DNA of 38,543 nucleotides from Jimgerdemannia flammicorona (Eukaryota): NCBI GenBank assembly GCA_003990765.1, contig RBNJ01000159.1, positions 1 to 38,543 of the forward strand, read 5' to 3'. Shown piece by piece: positions 35,992 to 38,543 of this stretch (position 1 is its first letter; each line of letters starts with the position of its first letter). The notes under the pieces were generated by a model. It saw only the letters and a program-made list of their open reading frames with translations, ran no database searches and was not told where the DNA came from. The position numbers and the translations under genes were made by a program.

Positions 35992-38505
35992 TGTCATGTA
36001 GTGGTCGCTGAGTTCTTCAAATATGCCAGATTCTCTTCAAGGTATATCTCTTAGACTAACTCAAGTTTGTTATAAGCAAGTTCTTATTGAAGTGCCTTCC
36101 CAAGATCTTATAGTCCTCAAACTTCTTATCTTTAACTGTCTTGTTATCTCTTAGATTGCTTGCAAGGAAGTGTGTATATTGCACTGAGAGGAACTGACTT
36201 TATTTCAGAGGAAATAAGAGGGGTATTTATACAAAATATAATTTAATGGTTACTAAGATATAAAGCTAAATATAAATTCCAATAACTAAAACTACTAAGT
36301 TCCAGGGCTGGCACTGATAGTTATACAGGTTCAGGATGCTGTTATTATTTAGTATCACATCAAAATGCCAGTACTGGAACAATTTTGCATCACCTCAGAA
36401 TACCAGTGCTGGCATTATCCAGTGTTACATGAGAATACTGGTACTGGTATTATCCAGTGTAATAAAGAACTTTTAGAGCAGAAAGTTCAGGATCATGGGG
36501 GCTTCATCATCATTATCACTGAAGGAGATAAGATCCACAAACTCATCATATAGGTCATATGTTTCATATCCTTCGATGTCACACAGGATGATATCATTGC
36601 TGATGATGTCATCATGTCTGGCTATGGCAGGAAAATCGGGAACAAGATCTGGAGCTCTCCAGTCTATGAGGTTCTCTTCCACAAAATAGGGAACAAATGT
36701 GGGATCTTGGGGAGGTCTAACCTGGATGCTTGGGCCTTGGAATACTGAGATCAATCCTTGCAGAAATTGGTCTAGGTTGTCCTGAAGGATAGGGTGCCAG
36801 AAGTCTTCTACTTCTTCACTGTTGAGGGTGATAGTAGACTGGGCTTCTGTAGCTACTCTGGCTTCTAGTGCATTGATACAATAAGATGATAGGTCTCTGA
36901 AGTCTGAGACTCTAATATACTCCAAGTTGGGGATTGACCATGGTGCATGCCTGAAGATCTGATGGATCTTCTTAGTTGTCCTTATTTTATATATATGTAT
37001 CTATAGGAGTGGCATCTTGTAGCTCTTGGGTGCTGGCCTGTGGAAACTCCCAGCAGAAGAGGTTTCCTATTTCATACTCCTGCCATATTTAAAGGCATTT
37101 TGTAGCAATAGTGATCCTTGTTTCCATTTCATGACAGTAGAGAATAAAGTGATAAGGGTCTGCAGTACCCAGGTTAACACTAGGAGTCCTTCTTGAGCAG
37201 GTCCCCATGGCTCTCCTGATGTCTTGAAACATCCTTTTCTCAACTGAGATACCTTGGTGATTCCTTGACCTTGAGGTTTGGCAGACAGCAGGCATTTCAT
37301 TTGTGGTAAGTCTTTGAGCTATTTTGGAATTGGTGGTTCTTGTTGATTGCTGCTACTGTGGTTCCTTGATCCTTCTTTTATATTCTTCAGAATACTTGTA
37401 CTGTGGTCACAATGACTCACAGTTGGTTATCATTGCTCATCTCATATGCCATATGATCTTCTTGTGCTCTGATCTGGTGGCTTGCAAGGAAAGGCTGTCT
37501 TCTGTACTGATGTTATCATTCTGGGGTCACTATTACATCTTCCTCCTGAATAAGGATCTTCTCAAGCATCCTTATTCATTGGTCCAGTCCTGAAAAATTT
37601 GCTGATCCCATAACCTCTGGCAAGGGGTCAAAAAGTGGTATTTATGAGCTGGTGTCTTCCCTTTGTATTTTGGCATGATGGTGAAGGGTTACTTTCTTCA
37701 TATAGAGCAAGGACCTGATTCTGATCTTGACCAATCCGTTGATAGTTTGAACTCCTCTGACTTTGAAAGTCTCATGGATAAGTAGTTGCCAGTACTATAT
37801 CTCTTAGAGAATGGTCCAGACAGATAGCCTGCTAGTCATGGGACATGCTGTTATGATTTGCAGACTAGAACCTCATGGGCAGTCATCACGTTTTGCATCT
37901 CTTGTATAGGTTTATGGTACTTCTTGAGTCTGTTCCTATGTACCGTGGTAGGCAGTATGGTCCCTGAGATTTTTCTAAGCCAGAAGGTAGTTCCCTTGAT
38001 ATCTTGCATGTAGAAGGGTCCTTCCTATTTGGGCTCCAGTTTTCATGACCATGAGGCTTCTACCATATTTTGATACAGTAGAACCTTTTCTCTGATTCAG
38101 ATGGGTTCTAGGGCCTTGTAATTCTTTTCTGCATTCTTTCTTATCAGCACTTGTAACTTGGTGATGTAATCTTCAGCCTTCTTCCTGATTTGGTGTAGTC
38201 TCCAGATTTCTGCATCAATCTGTCTCCAAGTTAGGTCTAGATTTGTGGCTGAGGTTCCATCAGAATCTTCTTCTCTGAAGAGCAGCTCTCTTGGGGTAAA
38301 ATGCATGCTCTGTGACTATATATCTTGTAGGATAGAGAGGGTGGTTGGGAGATAGTTATCCCAATTCTCATATGTCTCTGAGATCTTTGCTAGGATGTTC
38401 TTGAGGGTCTTGTTGGATCTCTCTATCTGTCCATTTCCTTGAGGGTGGTACATGGTGGTCTTAATGTACTGGATCTTGTATTTCTGATACATTATCTCAT
38501 GGAAT

Positions 38506-38508
<3 letters not shown>
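35992..38508 (-). mobile_element. Second Gypsy copy, 3' part: integrase C-terminus, PPT and 3' LTR (35992-37537)
   Basis: Reverse complement of ~22238-24703. The LTR ends ...ccactacatgaca and has a small tandem duplication at ~36397-36467. Confidence 0.93.

Positions 38509-38543
<35 letters not shown>
38509..38543 (-). repeat. Poly-T run interrupting the integrase; probably the poly-A tail of another retroposed insertion, running off the window
   Basis: Gypsy similarity ends abruptly at ggaatccatt and is followed by pure T to the window end. Confidence 0.55.

Overview
This is eukaryotic, intron-containing DNA, very probably fungal. An early-diverging, TE-rich lineage such as Mucoromycota is plausible but cannot be proven from the window. 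The first ~3.4 kb is CpG-rich host sequence holding the 3' part of a spliced KRI1 gene (+) and a small convergent orphan ORF (-). From ~3.4 kb on it is a CpG-depleted island of nested transposons. (1) A ~6.3-kb hAT DNA transposon (3973-24865; TIR TAGTGCTCCAAA; intron-containing BED/DDE/dimerisation transposase). (2) Inserted in it, a full-length L1/Tx1-type LINE (5866-11779; poly-A tail, 16-bp TSD). (3) Also inserted in it, a full-length Ty3/Gypsy element (16025-24703; 1.5-kb LTRs; gag-PR-dUTPase-RT-RH-IN). (4) A 3'-truncated second LINE copy. (5) A second, inverted hAT copy (28497-35333; 8-bp TSD TTTGAATA) carrying a 250-bp MITE. (6) The 3' part of a second, inverted Gypsy copy. All TE genes are pseudogenised, mainly by C>T/G>A transitions. 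Comparing copies allows ancestral frames to be rebuilt by eye. The main result is that both hAT copies carry a second spliced gene, convergent to the transposase, whose consensus has the HxD...H layout of a 2OG-Fe(II) dioxygenase and resembles TET/JBP. This would be a candidate DNA-base-modifying (anti-silencing) cargo on a hAT rather than on the KDZ/Plavaka elements known to carry such genes. The Gypsy family also has a dUTPase and a ~273-codon unknown ORF inside its LTR. All family calls come from motif recognition; no searches were run.
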